Part shown: piece by piece, positions 1 to 7,977 of the stretch
How positions within the stretch are numbered: position 1 is the first letter of the stretch
Layout of the letters: each line of letters starts with the position of its first letter
DNA from: Candidatus Nanopelagicales bacterium
Lineage (GTDB): Bacteria; Actinomycetota; Actinomycetes; S36-B12
Assembly (NCBI GenBank): GCA_030728405.1
Contig: JANQZS010000008.1
Location: forward strand, 1 to 49,860
Direction of reading: 5' to 3'
DNA: 49,860 bases
Notes under the pieces: generated by a model
Database searches by the model: none
The model's input: only the letters and a program-made list of their open reading frames with translations
Told to the model about the DNA's origin: nothing
Translations under genes and position numbers: made by a program

Positions 1-2
1 TG

Positions 3-482
3 CTCACCAAGGTTTTTGATCCCACGATTAATGCTGCCGATATCGAGTGGTTGCGCTCGATATGGACTGGACCACTCATTGTGAAAGGCATTCAGTCGGT
101 TGAAGACGCTCGCCTGGTGACCGATCTTGGAGTAGACGCTGTGGTGCTTTCCAATCATGGTGGCCGGCAGCTAGATAAGGCGAACGTTCCGCTGGAGATT
201 TTGCCCGAAGTTGTCGATGCCGTGGGTGATCGCGTTGAGGTTTATGTCGATGGCGGAATCCTGAACGGAACAGACGTTGTTGCAGCACTCGCATTTGGTG
301 CGCGTGGTGCCTTGATTGGTCGGGCATATTTGTATGGGTTGATGGCAGGTGGTGAAGACGGGGTGCGTCGCGTCGTAAATATTTTGCGTAAAGAAATTAT
401 GACGACGATGCAACTCATGGGAGTTACCTCGATTGATCAACTTGATCCGTCTATGGTTCGACTTCGGTCGACTCCGAACTAG
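3..482 (+). CDS. FMN-dependent alpha-hydroxy acid dehydrogenase (L-lactate dehydrogenase/glycolate oxidase family), C-terminal part; 5' end lies outside the window
   Basis: The frame is open from nt 3. The translation '...IVKGIQSVEDARLVTDLGVDAVVLSNHGGRQLD...VYVDGGILNGTDVVAALAFGA' shows the typical SNHGGRQLD and DGG(I/V)R-like motifs of this family. Confidence 0.8.
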   Translation, partial: LTKVFDPTINAADIEWLRSIWTGPLIVKGIQSVEDARLVTDLGVDAVVLSNHGGRQLDKANVPLEILPEVVDAVGDRVEVYVDGGILNGTDVVAALAFGARGALIGRAYLYGLMAGGEDGVRRVVNILRKEIMTTMQLMGVTSIDQLDPSMVRLRSTPN

Positions 483-516
483 CGTTTTGCGGTCTTTGTA
501 GGGGAGAATCACATGT

Positions 517-804
517 ATGGCAACTCTGCAGAGTGATCAAGCAATAACTGAATTTTGTGCGGCGCACCCGAGGTGGACTCGTGAGGGCGATGCTCTTGTT
601 GGATCGGTGCGCGCTCCTACTTTCCTAAAAGCAATTTCATGGGTGGATCAAATCGCGGTTATCGCAGAAGAACTCGATCACCATCCTGATATCGATATTC
701 GCTGGCGCACGCTCAACTTTCGGCTGAGCACCCACGAATCTGACGGAATTACCGAACTTGATTTCACACTCGGCCAGCAGATCGACCAGGTGTTCTCGAA
801 ATAG
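517..804 (+). CDS. 4a-hydroxytetrahydrobiopterin (pterin-4a-carbinolamine) dehydratase
   Basis: 95 aa. 'ELDHHPDIDIRWRTLNFRLSTHESDGITELD' matches the PCD/DCoH signature (DHHPD...). Confidence 0.85.
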   Translation: MATLQSDQAITEFCAAHPRWTREGDALVGSVRAPTFLKAISWVDQIAVIAEELDHHPDIDIRWRTLNFRLSTHESDGITELDFTLGQQIDQVFSK

Positions 805-816
805 TTGATGTGCTTC

Positions 817-1644
817 TTAGCTCAGATTGCGCAGCACCGGAAAGAGCGGATGATCCATCGGGGCACCGGCAGCAAGGTCGTCTTCAAGTCCTTCAAAATG
901 AGGGGATGTGACCCACGAACGTGGTGCATGGGTCACATCATCGCCAAGAAAGCGAAGCGAAAAAGCCCTGCGCCGGTTTTTGCCGGGAACTCCATACGCG
1001 TGATGCAACGTGAGCATATGGAAAAAGACTGCATCACCTGGCTCGAGAGCCCAGCCCATGATCTCGAAGTCTTCGCGGTTAGCTTCAATGTTAGGGAGTT
1101 CGGCAAGGGTGCCTTCTGGAAACCACTTTGCCTGGTTATCCATGAACGTGCGTGGCATAAGCCAGCCTTGACGGTGTGATCCAGCAAGAAATTCCAAGGT
1201 TGACTCAGGGGCAACTGGATCCACGGGCATCCACATGGAGCAGTTATCGAATCCATCGACGTTGTAGTAAGGCTGGTCTTGATGCCACGGGGTGTGCTGT
1301 TGTGTTCTGGGTTCTTTAACGAGCATGTGATCGTGATAGAGACGCACTTCCGAACTACCCATGAGGGCACCAGCTACGTCGGCTGCTTTGGATTCAAACG
1401 CGATGGTGCGGAACTCATCAATACGTTGCCAATTGCAAAAGTCTTCGACGAACTTGCCTGGATCGGCGTCAGTACTTGCGACTTTAAAGAGTGGACCAGG
1501 CTCGGCGAGGTTGCGTTCGATACCGCGTTCGACGAGAGCTACTTCATCAGGTGAAAAAAGACCTCGAACAACAGTTGCTCCATGGGTCCGAAACTCGCGA
1601 ACGGAATCGGGATTGACGACGGAGTAGTCAAGTTCAACAATCAT
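817..1644 (-). CDS. Phytanoyl-CoA dioxygenase (PhyH) family Fe(II)/2-oxoglutarate oxygenase
   Basis: 'WHQDQPYYNVDG' and 'HHAYGV' are PhyH-like motifs. I trimmed the ORF to the ATG at 1644 (MIVELDY...), which follows a GAGAGGACGG Shine-Dalgarno-like run and lies 24 nt after the TetR stop. The longer ORF to 1803 would overlap the TetR gene. Confidence 0.75.
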   Translation of the reverse strand: MIVELDYSVVNPDSVREFRTHGATVVRGLFSPDEVALVERGIERNLAEPGPLFKVASTDADPGKFVEDFCNWQRIDEFRTIAFESKAADVAGALMGSSEVRLYHDHMLVKEPRTQQHTPWHQDQPYYNVDGFDNCSMWMPVDPVAPESTLEFLAGSHRQGWLMPRTFMDNQAKWFPEGTLAELPNIEANREDFEIMGWALEPGDAVFFHMLTLHHAYGVPGKNRRRAFSLRFLGDDVTHAPRSWVTSPHFEGLEDDLAAGAPMDHPLFPVLRNLS

Positions 1645-1667
1645 GCTTTTTCCACCGTCCTCTCGGT

Positions 1668-2339
1668 TTACACGAGCAACTGACCTGCCCATTTCCGCAA
1701 TGCCACCACCGTGGTGCTGTCCGGTTCGGGTGAGTGACCTGCCCGCCCTGCAAACACAGAGGTCGCAAACACAGAGGTCATCGTGGTGAGGAGCAGGGTA
1801 CATCGTTGGGGGACATCTACAAGGTGGTTTTGTTCACAGTGGAGCGCCTGCTGGAGGGCGGCTGCGGCTTGCTGGTGCAGCCTGCCGGCTGCCTGCGCCG
1901 TGGCTGGCGAGGAGAGCAAAATGTTCCACGAGCGGGCACCAATCGCGTCCTGGCCCCAGTTCACGCTGAGCGCTTCGACCATATCTGAGCAGCGTTGCGG
2001 GAGTGAGACGGCAGAACTTGAGTAGACCTCGCCAAGTTGGTTGATGAGGGAATGGCCCGAGAGCTCGACCAGGCTGAGCAGAAGGGCGTCTCGGTCGGGA
2101 AAGAATTGATATACCGAGCCGATCGGGATTGCTGCGTGCTCGCTAATTGAGCTGGTGGTGACCCCCTCGGTGCCATGGGTGAGAAGTAATTCGTTTCCGG
2201 TGCCCAAGATGTCGATCACCCGCTGCCGGGAGCGCTTTTGCAGCGGAATGCGCCGCAATGGCAGGTGGGGCAGCAGATCAGTGATGTGATCTGTCTGGCT
2301 GATGGATCGAATCGTGGTGAGGGTGGTCACGCTCTCCAT
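1668..2339 (-). CDS. TetR/AcrR family transcriptional regulator
   Basis: N-terminal helix-turn-helix 'RSRQRVIDILGTGNELLLTHGTEGVTTSSISEHAAIPIGSVYQFFPDRDALL'. It sits directly upstream of the dioxygenase on the same strand. Confidence 0.85.
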   Translation of the reverse strand: MESVTTLTTIRSISQTDHITDLLPHLPLRRIPLQKRSRQRVIDILGTGNELLLTHGTEGVTTSSISEHAAIPIGSVYQFFPDRDALLLSLVELSGHSLINQLGEVYSSSAVSLPQRCSDMVEALSVNWGQDAIGARSWNILLSSPATAQAAGRLHQQAAAALQQALHCEQNHLVDVPQRCTLLLTTMTSVFATSVFAGRAGHSPEPDSTTVVALRKWAGQLLV

Positions 2340-2427
2340 TGTTGGCGCCTTTTCTGGGCTTTTCCTCGTGTTCTGGTCACGATCTGCTCCCGGATCTGTC
2401 TCAGGAAGGTCGCATAGGAGGGAGGGG

Positions 2428-2457
2428 TTGACGAGTGTCAGACCCGAGAGATACCTT
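2428..2457 (+). promoter_or_regulatory. Candidate promoter: TTGACG-N18-TACCTT. The same bases also read TGTCAGac-N8-TACCTT, resembling the mycobacterial RecA-independent (RecA-NDp, PafBC-type) motif tTGTCRgtg-N8-TAnnnT
   Basis: TTGACG lies at 2428-2433, TGTCAG at 2436-2441 and TACCTT at 2452-2457. The spacing matches both models. Motif match by eye only. Confidence 0.4.
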
Positions 2458-2466
2458 GATCACTGT

Positions 2467-2482
2467 TCGAACAGGTGTTCGA
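2467..2482 (+). promoter_or_regulatory. LexA operator (actinobacterial SOS/Cheo box)
   Basis: Perfect palindrome TCGAAC-AGGT-GTTCGA. It starts 10 nt after the candidate -10 and lies about 180 nt upstream of the HEPN gene start. Confidence 0.7.
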
Positions 2483-2661
2483 AATTACTCGTTAACACCT
2501 GTTTGGCACCTAGACCCGGATTCGCGGCCGGGTACTGGGCTAGATGGATCGCCTCGGTTGCCGCCGGTCGCCTCGACCCCGGCTGACGGCAGCCGAGGCT
2601 CCTCTGGCGGGTCATCGAAGTACGCACACGGATAGCTAGCCAAGTGAAAGGAAGCACCACG

Positions 2662-3057
2662 ATGACTCGCGCAGCACAAGATCTGATTCTCTCCGCCCGC
2701 CGGAGCTTGACCGAGGCCACTTTGGCCACCAGCCCTGAAAGCCGTTACAGCGCCGCGCACCTTTGCGCTCTTCGCGCCGCCGCCGCCGTTCTTGCAGCCC
2801 GCAGCACGTCTACTGGTCGGCAACGGGTTCGCAGCGTCTGGGTATTGCTACCCCAGATCGCTCCCGAGTTCGCCGAATGGGCTGAATTCTTTGCAGCCGG
2901 TGCGCGCAAGCGGGCGAGTGCGGAGGCGGGTATTCGCTGCGTCAGCCTTCGAGAGGCAGATGACCTTGTGCGTGACTCGGAGACTTTCTTGGCTCGGATC
3001 TGTGAATCCTTAGGTTTCGCGCATCAGCCCGCTTTGGCGGTTGCTGTCGCGATCTGA
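2662..3057 (+). CDS. SAV_6107-family HEPN-domain protein (small, function unknown)
   Basis: 131 aa from the ATG at 2662, which is preceded by AAAGGAAG. 'ESRYSAAHLCALRAAAAVLAAR...APEFAEWAEFFAAGARKRASAEAG...READDLVRDSETFL' is the pattern I recognise for this actinobacterial HEPN family. It contains RYSAAH (R-x4-H). Confidence 0.7.
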   Translation: MTRAAQDLILSARRSLTEATLATSPESRYSAAHLCALRAAAAVLAARSTSTGRQRVRSVWVLLPQIAPEFAEWAEFFAAGARKRASAEAGIRCVSLREADDLVRDSETFLARICESLGFAHQPALAVAVAI

Positions 3058-3113
3058 CCGCGCTGGTCCCGCGGTCGCACTGATCAAGACGCCTCCCGTC
3101 TGTCGATCAGCGT

Positions 3114-3165
3114 GACGGGCCTCGGTTCATCCCCCCGATACCGAGGCCCGTCCTCCCTCTTTTTG
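3114..3165 (+). terminator. Strong hairpin with a downstream T-run (terminator or attenuator) between the HEPN gene and the DnaE2-like gene
   Basis: Perfect 12-bp stem GACGGGCCTCGG (3114-3125) / CCGAGGCCCGTC (3141-3152), with a 15-nt loop. CTCCCTC follows, then TTTTT at 3160-3164. The T-run is 7 nt from the stem, so the element is not fully canonical. Confidence 0.5.
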
Positions 3166-3194
3166 ATCACCTCGATCTTTCGTCAGGAATCCTT

Positions 3195-6100
3195 GTGTCT
3201 GTATCCATCCCATTCGCCCACCTCCAGGTGGCGTCGAGTTACTCATTGCAGTTCGGGGCCAACCATCCAGAGGCGTTAGTGCAACGTGCAGCTGAACTTG
3301 GTCAGCAGGTAATGGCGCTCACCGATCGCGATGGGCTTTATGGCGCAGTTCAATGGGCACTGGCATGTCAAAAAGCCGGAATCAAGCCCGTACTTGGTGT
3401 GGATATCGCAGTAGAGCCAACAATCCCGGTTACTTCCCATGCAGTAGGTCAGGCCCGTCAAACCCCAGCCCGTCGCACTCCAGCCCGGGGAGGTGCGTGG
3501 GTTGATGAAGGGCGTCCTCGAGTAATGCTCATTGCTTCCAATGCACGTGGATGGGCATCGCTGTGTCGACTCGTCAGCATCGCCCACACTGGTGAGCACA
3601 CCGAGCGCGGCAAGCCATGGCTGCCGTGGGAAGCACTCGCGCAGAATCATGAAGGCGTGGTGGCGCTGTTAGGTGCGCAATCTGAACTCGGTCGGCTCAT
3701 GACCGCCGATCGTTCGTACCGATGTGATGCGGTGGTGCGACCGTGGCGTGCGGTTTTTGGCCGATGGTTGGGAATCGCCATCACGTCACATCGGCAATCG
3801 CGCGGACATCGGCATTCCACCGCTGTGGCTGCTCGCACTCTTGGGTGGGCGCGTAGCCAGCAATTGCCGGTGGTGCTCACTAATGCGGTGCGCTATCTCG
3901 ATCCCGCCGGCGCACATGTTGCCCAGGTACTTGATGCATCCCGGTTGCTTGTGCCACTGCGGTCAAAGCTGGTGGAGTCCGATAACGGTGAGGGGTATGT
4001 GAAATCGGGCGCAGAGATGGCGCAAATAGCTGAAGAGATCAGCCGTGCTGCGGGGGAACGCAATCCAGAAAAGTTGCTCACAGACACCATGCGGGTCGCC
4101 CAGTTCTGCGCCCTTGATCCGGTGGCAGATCTAGGCATTGGCCAGGTATTCGTACCAGAACTTGATGTCTTGCTCGGCCGGCCGGTTTCAGCCACTCAGG
4201 CCGATCACATCTTGATGAGCAGATGCCGTGATGCGCTTCCGGTTCGCTACCCGAGAGCTGACGATCAGCGGGTGGCCGCAGATCGTCTCGATGCGGAGAT
4301 GGCCACGATCCAGCACCTGGGCTTCTCTGGCTATTTCTTAACCGTTGCTGAAGTCGTCGAGATGATCAAAGCTAAGGGTGTGCGCGTTGCTGCGCGCGGT
4401 TCGGGAGCGGGCAGTCTTGTCACTCATCTCTTGGGAATATCCGGAGCAGATCCGATTCGCCACGGACTTTTGATGGAACGTTTTCTCTCCCCGTTGCGGA
4501 GAGCTTTGCCAGATATCGATATCGACGTTGAATCGGCTCGACGCATTGAAGCGTATGAGTGGATATTCGAACGGTTCGGCGCCAAGCGGGTTGCTTGCGT
4601 TTCCATGATGGAGACCTATCGGGTGCGGCACGCGGTCCGTGATGTTGGTGCCGCAATGGGTTTACCCGCGGCTGATATCGATACTTTCGCGAAGTCTTTT
4701 CCACATCTACGCGCCCGGCATGCACGGTCGGCACTCGCCGATCTCCCTGAGCTGCGTTCATCCTCCTTCGGCAAACTTGCTGCTGCTGGCAAACTCGATC
4801 ATTTCCTTGATCTCGTTGAGGCACTTGATGGATTGCCTCGCCATGTGGCAATGCATCCGTGTGGGGTGTTGCTCTCCGATGCGAGTCTGCTCGATCGCAC
4901 GCCCGTAGAACGCAGTGGTGCAGGATTCATGATGAGTCACTTCGATAAGCACGATGTCGAGCACATGGGGTTGCTCAAACTTGATGTATTAGGTGTGCGC
5001 ATGCAATCAGCAATGGCGTATGCGCTAGATGAAATTAACCGAACAACCGGTGAGCATGTAGAACTTGATGATTCTGCGTTAGCCGATGCTGCAACTTTTG
5101 AGTTAATTCGAACAACCCGCACCCTCGGATGTTTTCAGATCGAATCGCCGGGGCAACGCGAGTTGATTGGCAAGTTCGCTCCAGAGACTTTTGCCGATCT
5201 CATTATCGACATTTCACTTTTCCGGCCCGGCCCGGTGAAATCCGACATGATCACGCCGTTTCTGCGCGCCCGTCAGGGGTGGAGTGAACCGGTGTATCTG
5301 CATCCTGATCTGAAACCATTCCTCGAAGAAACATGCGGAGTGGTGGTTTTCCATGAGCAAGTACTCCAGATCATCTCGACCATGACCGGCTGCTCGCTCG
5401 CCGAAGCCGATGAGTCTCGGCGCTCGATGGGTTCACCGGACGGAATGGACGATGTGCGCGCGTGGTTCTACCCAGCGGCGCTGCGTCGTCGCTATGACCT
5501 CGACACGGTAGAGAAAGTGTGGGAGGTACTGCGCGCCTTCGCCTCCTTCGGATTTTGTAAGGCGCATGCGGCAGCTTTTGCGTTGCCGACCTATCAATCC
5601 GCATGGCTCAAGACTCATCATCCGGCTGCCTTCTTTGCTGGAGTGCTGACTCACGATCCAGGGATGTATCCCAAGCGGTTAATTCTTGATGATGCGCGTC
5701 ACTTCGGGATCGCAGTTCTCGGCCTTGATGTCAACGCATCCCGTGATACCTATCGGGTTGAACACGTGGCAGATAGGAAATGGGGGATTCGAGTCCCGTT
5801 CACTGAAGTATCGGGAGTGAGTTCTGCTGAGGTGGAGCGGCTGATGGAAGCCCAACCCTTTGCAGATCTCTCTGACACCTGGAATCGTGCCGGACTCTCT
5901 CGTCCTGTTGCAGAAAGTTTGGTGGTAGCCGGCGCATTTGATGCACTGCACTCGTTGGGCCAAGCATCCGCTGCTCGCAGCAGGCGGATAACTCGTCGTG
6001 ATTTGTTGCTGCAGATTGCTGACCTTGACCGATATCGCCGGTCCTCAGCAGGGCTTCCTCCTGCGCAGTTGTCTCTCGATCTCACTGATCATGTTGCCGC

Positions 6101-6716
6101 CAACGTCCCCGCTGGTCTGCCTGAGATGGACCCAGCTGAGCGGGTGCGGGCTGAAGTTCAGGTGACCGGTCTTGACATCAGCGCGCATGTGATCGATTTC
6201 TACGCGGATCTACTCGATGTGATCGGCACCACCAAAGCCACGGATCTATTAAACGGTCGGTCGCGCCGGCAAGTATTCATCGGTGGAGTGAAAGTTGCTG
6301 TGCAAACCCCACCGGTTCGTAGTGGTCGGCGAGTCATTTTCTTAACTCTCGATGACTCCACCGGGCCGGTAGACGCTGCGTTCTTTGAAGATGCGCAGGG
6401 TCCCTACGCGCAGACCGTGTTTTCCTCCTGGTTGCTATTGATTCGAGGTGAGTTGCGAAGGACCGGTCCGCGTGGGGTTTCAGTGCGCGCTACCGGTTGT
6501 TGGGAGTTAGGTGTCCTGCGCAGGCTCTGGCGGGAGGAGGGGATCGGCGCGGTGCGTGCGTTATTGGCTGAGAACCCGGTCGATCCGACCGCACCCACTT
6601 CTCGGCCAGTCCTTACGCACCCAAGTGGTTTCCGGCAATCCCCATACGCAGACGTGGCCCCAGCAGGCGCGCCGGCGAAGCTCTGGCACAGCAGTCCGGG
6701 GAGTTCGGGTTGGTAG
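3195..6716 (+). CDS. dnaE2: DNA polymerase III alpha-subunit paralogue (error-prone DnaE2-like), with a degenerate PHP domain
   Basis: 1173 aa. The Pol IIIα catalytic motifs are kept: 'LPDIDIDVES' and 'GLLKLDVLGV'. It ends with an OB-fold region and a 'KLWHSSPGSSGW' tail. The N-terminus 'FAHLQVASSYSLQFGA' lacks the HxH/D metal ligands seen in the window's other dnaE ('FVHLHVHTEYSMLDGA'). Confidence 0.85.
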   Translation: MSVSIPFAHLQVASSYSLQFGANHPEALVQRAAELGQQVMALTDRDGLYGAVQWALACQKAGIKPVLGVDIAVEPTIPVTSHAVGQARQTPARRTPARGGAWVDEGRPRVMLIASNARGWASLCRLVSIAHTGEHTERGKPWLPWEALAQNHEGVVALLGAQSELGRLMTADRSYRCDAVVRPWRAVFGRWLGIAITSHRQSRGHRHSTAVAARTLGWARSQQLPVVLTNAVRYLDPAGAHVAQVLDASRLLVPLRSKLVESDNGEGYVKSGAEMAQIAEEISRAAGERNPEKLLTDTMRVAQFCALDPVADLGIGQVFVPELDVLLGRPVSATQADHILMSRCRDALPVRYPRADDQRVAADRLDAEMATIQHLGFSGYFLTVAEVVEMIKAKGVRVAARGSGAGSLVTHLLGISGADPIRHGLLMERFLSPLRRALPDIDIDVESARRIEAYEWIFERFGAKRVACVSMMETYRVRHAVRDVGAAMGLPAADIDTFAKSFPHLRARHARSALADLPELRSSSFGKLAAAGKLDHFLDLVEALDGLPRHVAMHPCGVLLSDASLLDRTPVERSGAGFMMSHFDKHDVEHMGLLKLDVLGVRMQSAMAYALDEINRTTGEHVELDDSALADAATFELIRTTRTLGCFQIESPGQRELIGKFAPETFADLIIDISLFRPGPVKSDMITPFLRARQGWSEPVYLHPDLKPFLEETCGVVVFHEQVLQIISTMTGCSLAEADESRRSMGSPDGMDDVRAWFYPAALRRRYDLDTVEKVWEVLRAFASFGFCKAHAAAFALPTYQSAWLKTHHPAAFFAGVLTHDPGMYPKRLILDDARHFGIAVLGLDVNASRDTYRVEHVADRKWGIRVPFTEVSGVSSAEVERLMEAQPFADLSDTWNRAGLSRPVAESLVVAGAFDALHSLGQASAARSRRITRRDLLLQIADLDRYRRSSAGLPPAQLSLDLTDHVAANVPAGLPEMDPAERVRAEVQVTGLDISAHVIDFYADLLDVIGTTKATDLLNGRSRRQVFIGGVKVAVQTPPVRSGRRVIFLTLDDSTGPVDAAFFEDAQGPYAQTVFSSWLLLIRGELRRTGPRGVSVRATGCWELGVLRRLWREEGIGAVRALLAENPVDPTAPTSRPVLTHPSGFRQSPYADVAPAGAPAKLWHSSPGSSGW

Positions 6717-6732
6717 GGGTAAGGATGGGTGA

Positions 6733-7977
6733 ATGAGTCGTAGTCAGGTGCGCCGGCCCGCGGGCTTCGTGGGCTTCGGCGACGACGATTCCAGTTGCCC
6801 CATCCTGCATGTGGATATGGATGCTTTCTATGCCTCGGTGGAGTTGCGCACGCGGCCGGAGTTGATCGGGCAACCCGTGATCGTCGGTGGCGGAGGTGGG
6901 CGTGGCGTAGTGCTCTCTGCAACCTACGAAGCACGTGCATTGGGGATCCATTCGGCAATGCCGATCGCGCGCGCGCACCGGCTTGCACCACAAGCAATCT
7001 TCATCGAACCCACGCATGGGCTGTATTCCGAAGTGAGCGCGGGAGTGATGGAGATCTTTGAGTCCATTACTCCAATCGTTGAACCGCTCAGTCTTGATGA
7101 GGCATTTCTTGATGTCTCTGGCGCTTTGCGAAGACTCGGCACACCCACATCGATTGCCCATCTGATTCGGGCGCGAGTAGTTGCTGAGCAGGGGATCACC
7201 TGTTCGGTTGGGGTTGCGAGTACCAAGTTCGTCGCGAAGTTGGCATCTACTCGATCAAAACCGGATGGCTTGCTGGTCATCCCCATCGATAAAGTACTGG
7301 CGTTTTTGCATCCGCTCCCTGTCGGTGCACTGTGGGGGGTGGGTGAGCGCACCGAGGAGTCTTTGCATCGGTTAGGGCTGCGCACGGTCGGGGATATTGC
7401 ACATACACCCCTTGACACCATGAAACGAGCGCTCGGCGAGGCAGCCGGAGTCCAGCTTCACGAACTTTCGTGGGGTCGGGATAACCGCAGCGTCACACCT
7501 CATCAACCGGATAAGAGCATTGGCAATGAGAGCACGTTCAACCAAGACGTGGACGATCCCGAAGTGATCCTGCGCCATTTGATGCGGCTCTCAGATCAAG
7601 TAGCCGGCCGAATGCGCAATGCCGGACACGTGGGTCGGACTATCAGCATCAAGATTCGATTTGCCGATTTCAGCACCATCACTAGGTCTCGAACAATGCA
7701 AGTTCCCACGGATACCGCCAAAGAGATCTTCGACGTTGCGCGCGGTTTATATGAGGCGCTAGGTCTTCAGCGGGTTCGGATTCGCCTCGTGGGGGTGCGA
7801 ATGGAAGGGTTGGAAGATGCGAGTGAAGCCCCCCACCAGATGACCTTTGACGAACCCGCGCATGGGCATAGAGATGCTGAGGTGGCCATCGATGCCCTGC
7901 GTAGTCGATTCGGGGCCACCGCGGTGCAGCCGGGGCGCCTCACACCGGGCAAGACTGAACAAAAGGGGCAAGAATGA
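6733..7977 (+). CDS. dinB: DNA polymerase IV (Y-family translesion polymerase)
   Basis: 'ILHVDMDAFYASVE', 'SLDEAFLDVS' and 'GVGERTEESLHRLGLRTVGD' are Y-family motifs. An AAGGATGGG Shine-Dalgarno precedes the ATG. It starts 17 nt after the DnaE2-like stop. Confidence 0.9.
   Translation: MSRSQVRRPAGFVGFGDDDSSCPILHVDMDAFYASVELRTRPELIGQPVIVGGGGGRGVVLSATYEARALGIHSAMPIARAHRLAPQAIFIEPTHGLYSEVSAGVMEIFESITPIVEPLSLDEAFLDVSGALRRLGTPTSIAHLIRARVVAEQGITCSVGVASTKFVAKLASTRSKPDGLLVIPIDKVLAFLHPLPVGALWGVGERTEESLHRLGLRTVGDIAHTPLDTMKRALGEAAGVQLHELSWGRDNRSVTPHQPDKSIGNESTFNQDVDDPEVILRHLMRLSDQVAGRMRNAGHVGRTISIKIRFADFSTITRSRTMQVPTDTAKEIFDVARGLYEALGLQRVRIRLVGVRMEGLEDASEAPHQMTFDEPAHGHRDAEVAIDALRSRFGATAVQPGRLTPGKTEQKGQE

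Noticed and set aside
2435-2635. 66-aa ORF in the leader upstream of the HEPN gene.
   Set aside because: It starts upstream of the predicted -10 and transcription start, and has no Shine-Dalgarno. It is Pro/Gly/Ser/Arg-rich and runs through the LexA box and the leader hairpin. It is more likely non-coding leader.
3058-3194. Small ORF starting at GTG 3112 and reading through the big hairpin.
   Set aside because: It has no Shine-Dalgarno, consists of the two arms of a perfect stem, and runs out of frame into the DnaE2-like gene. The RNA-structure explanation is more economical.
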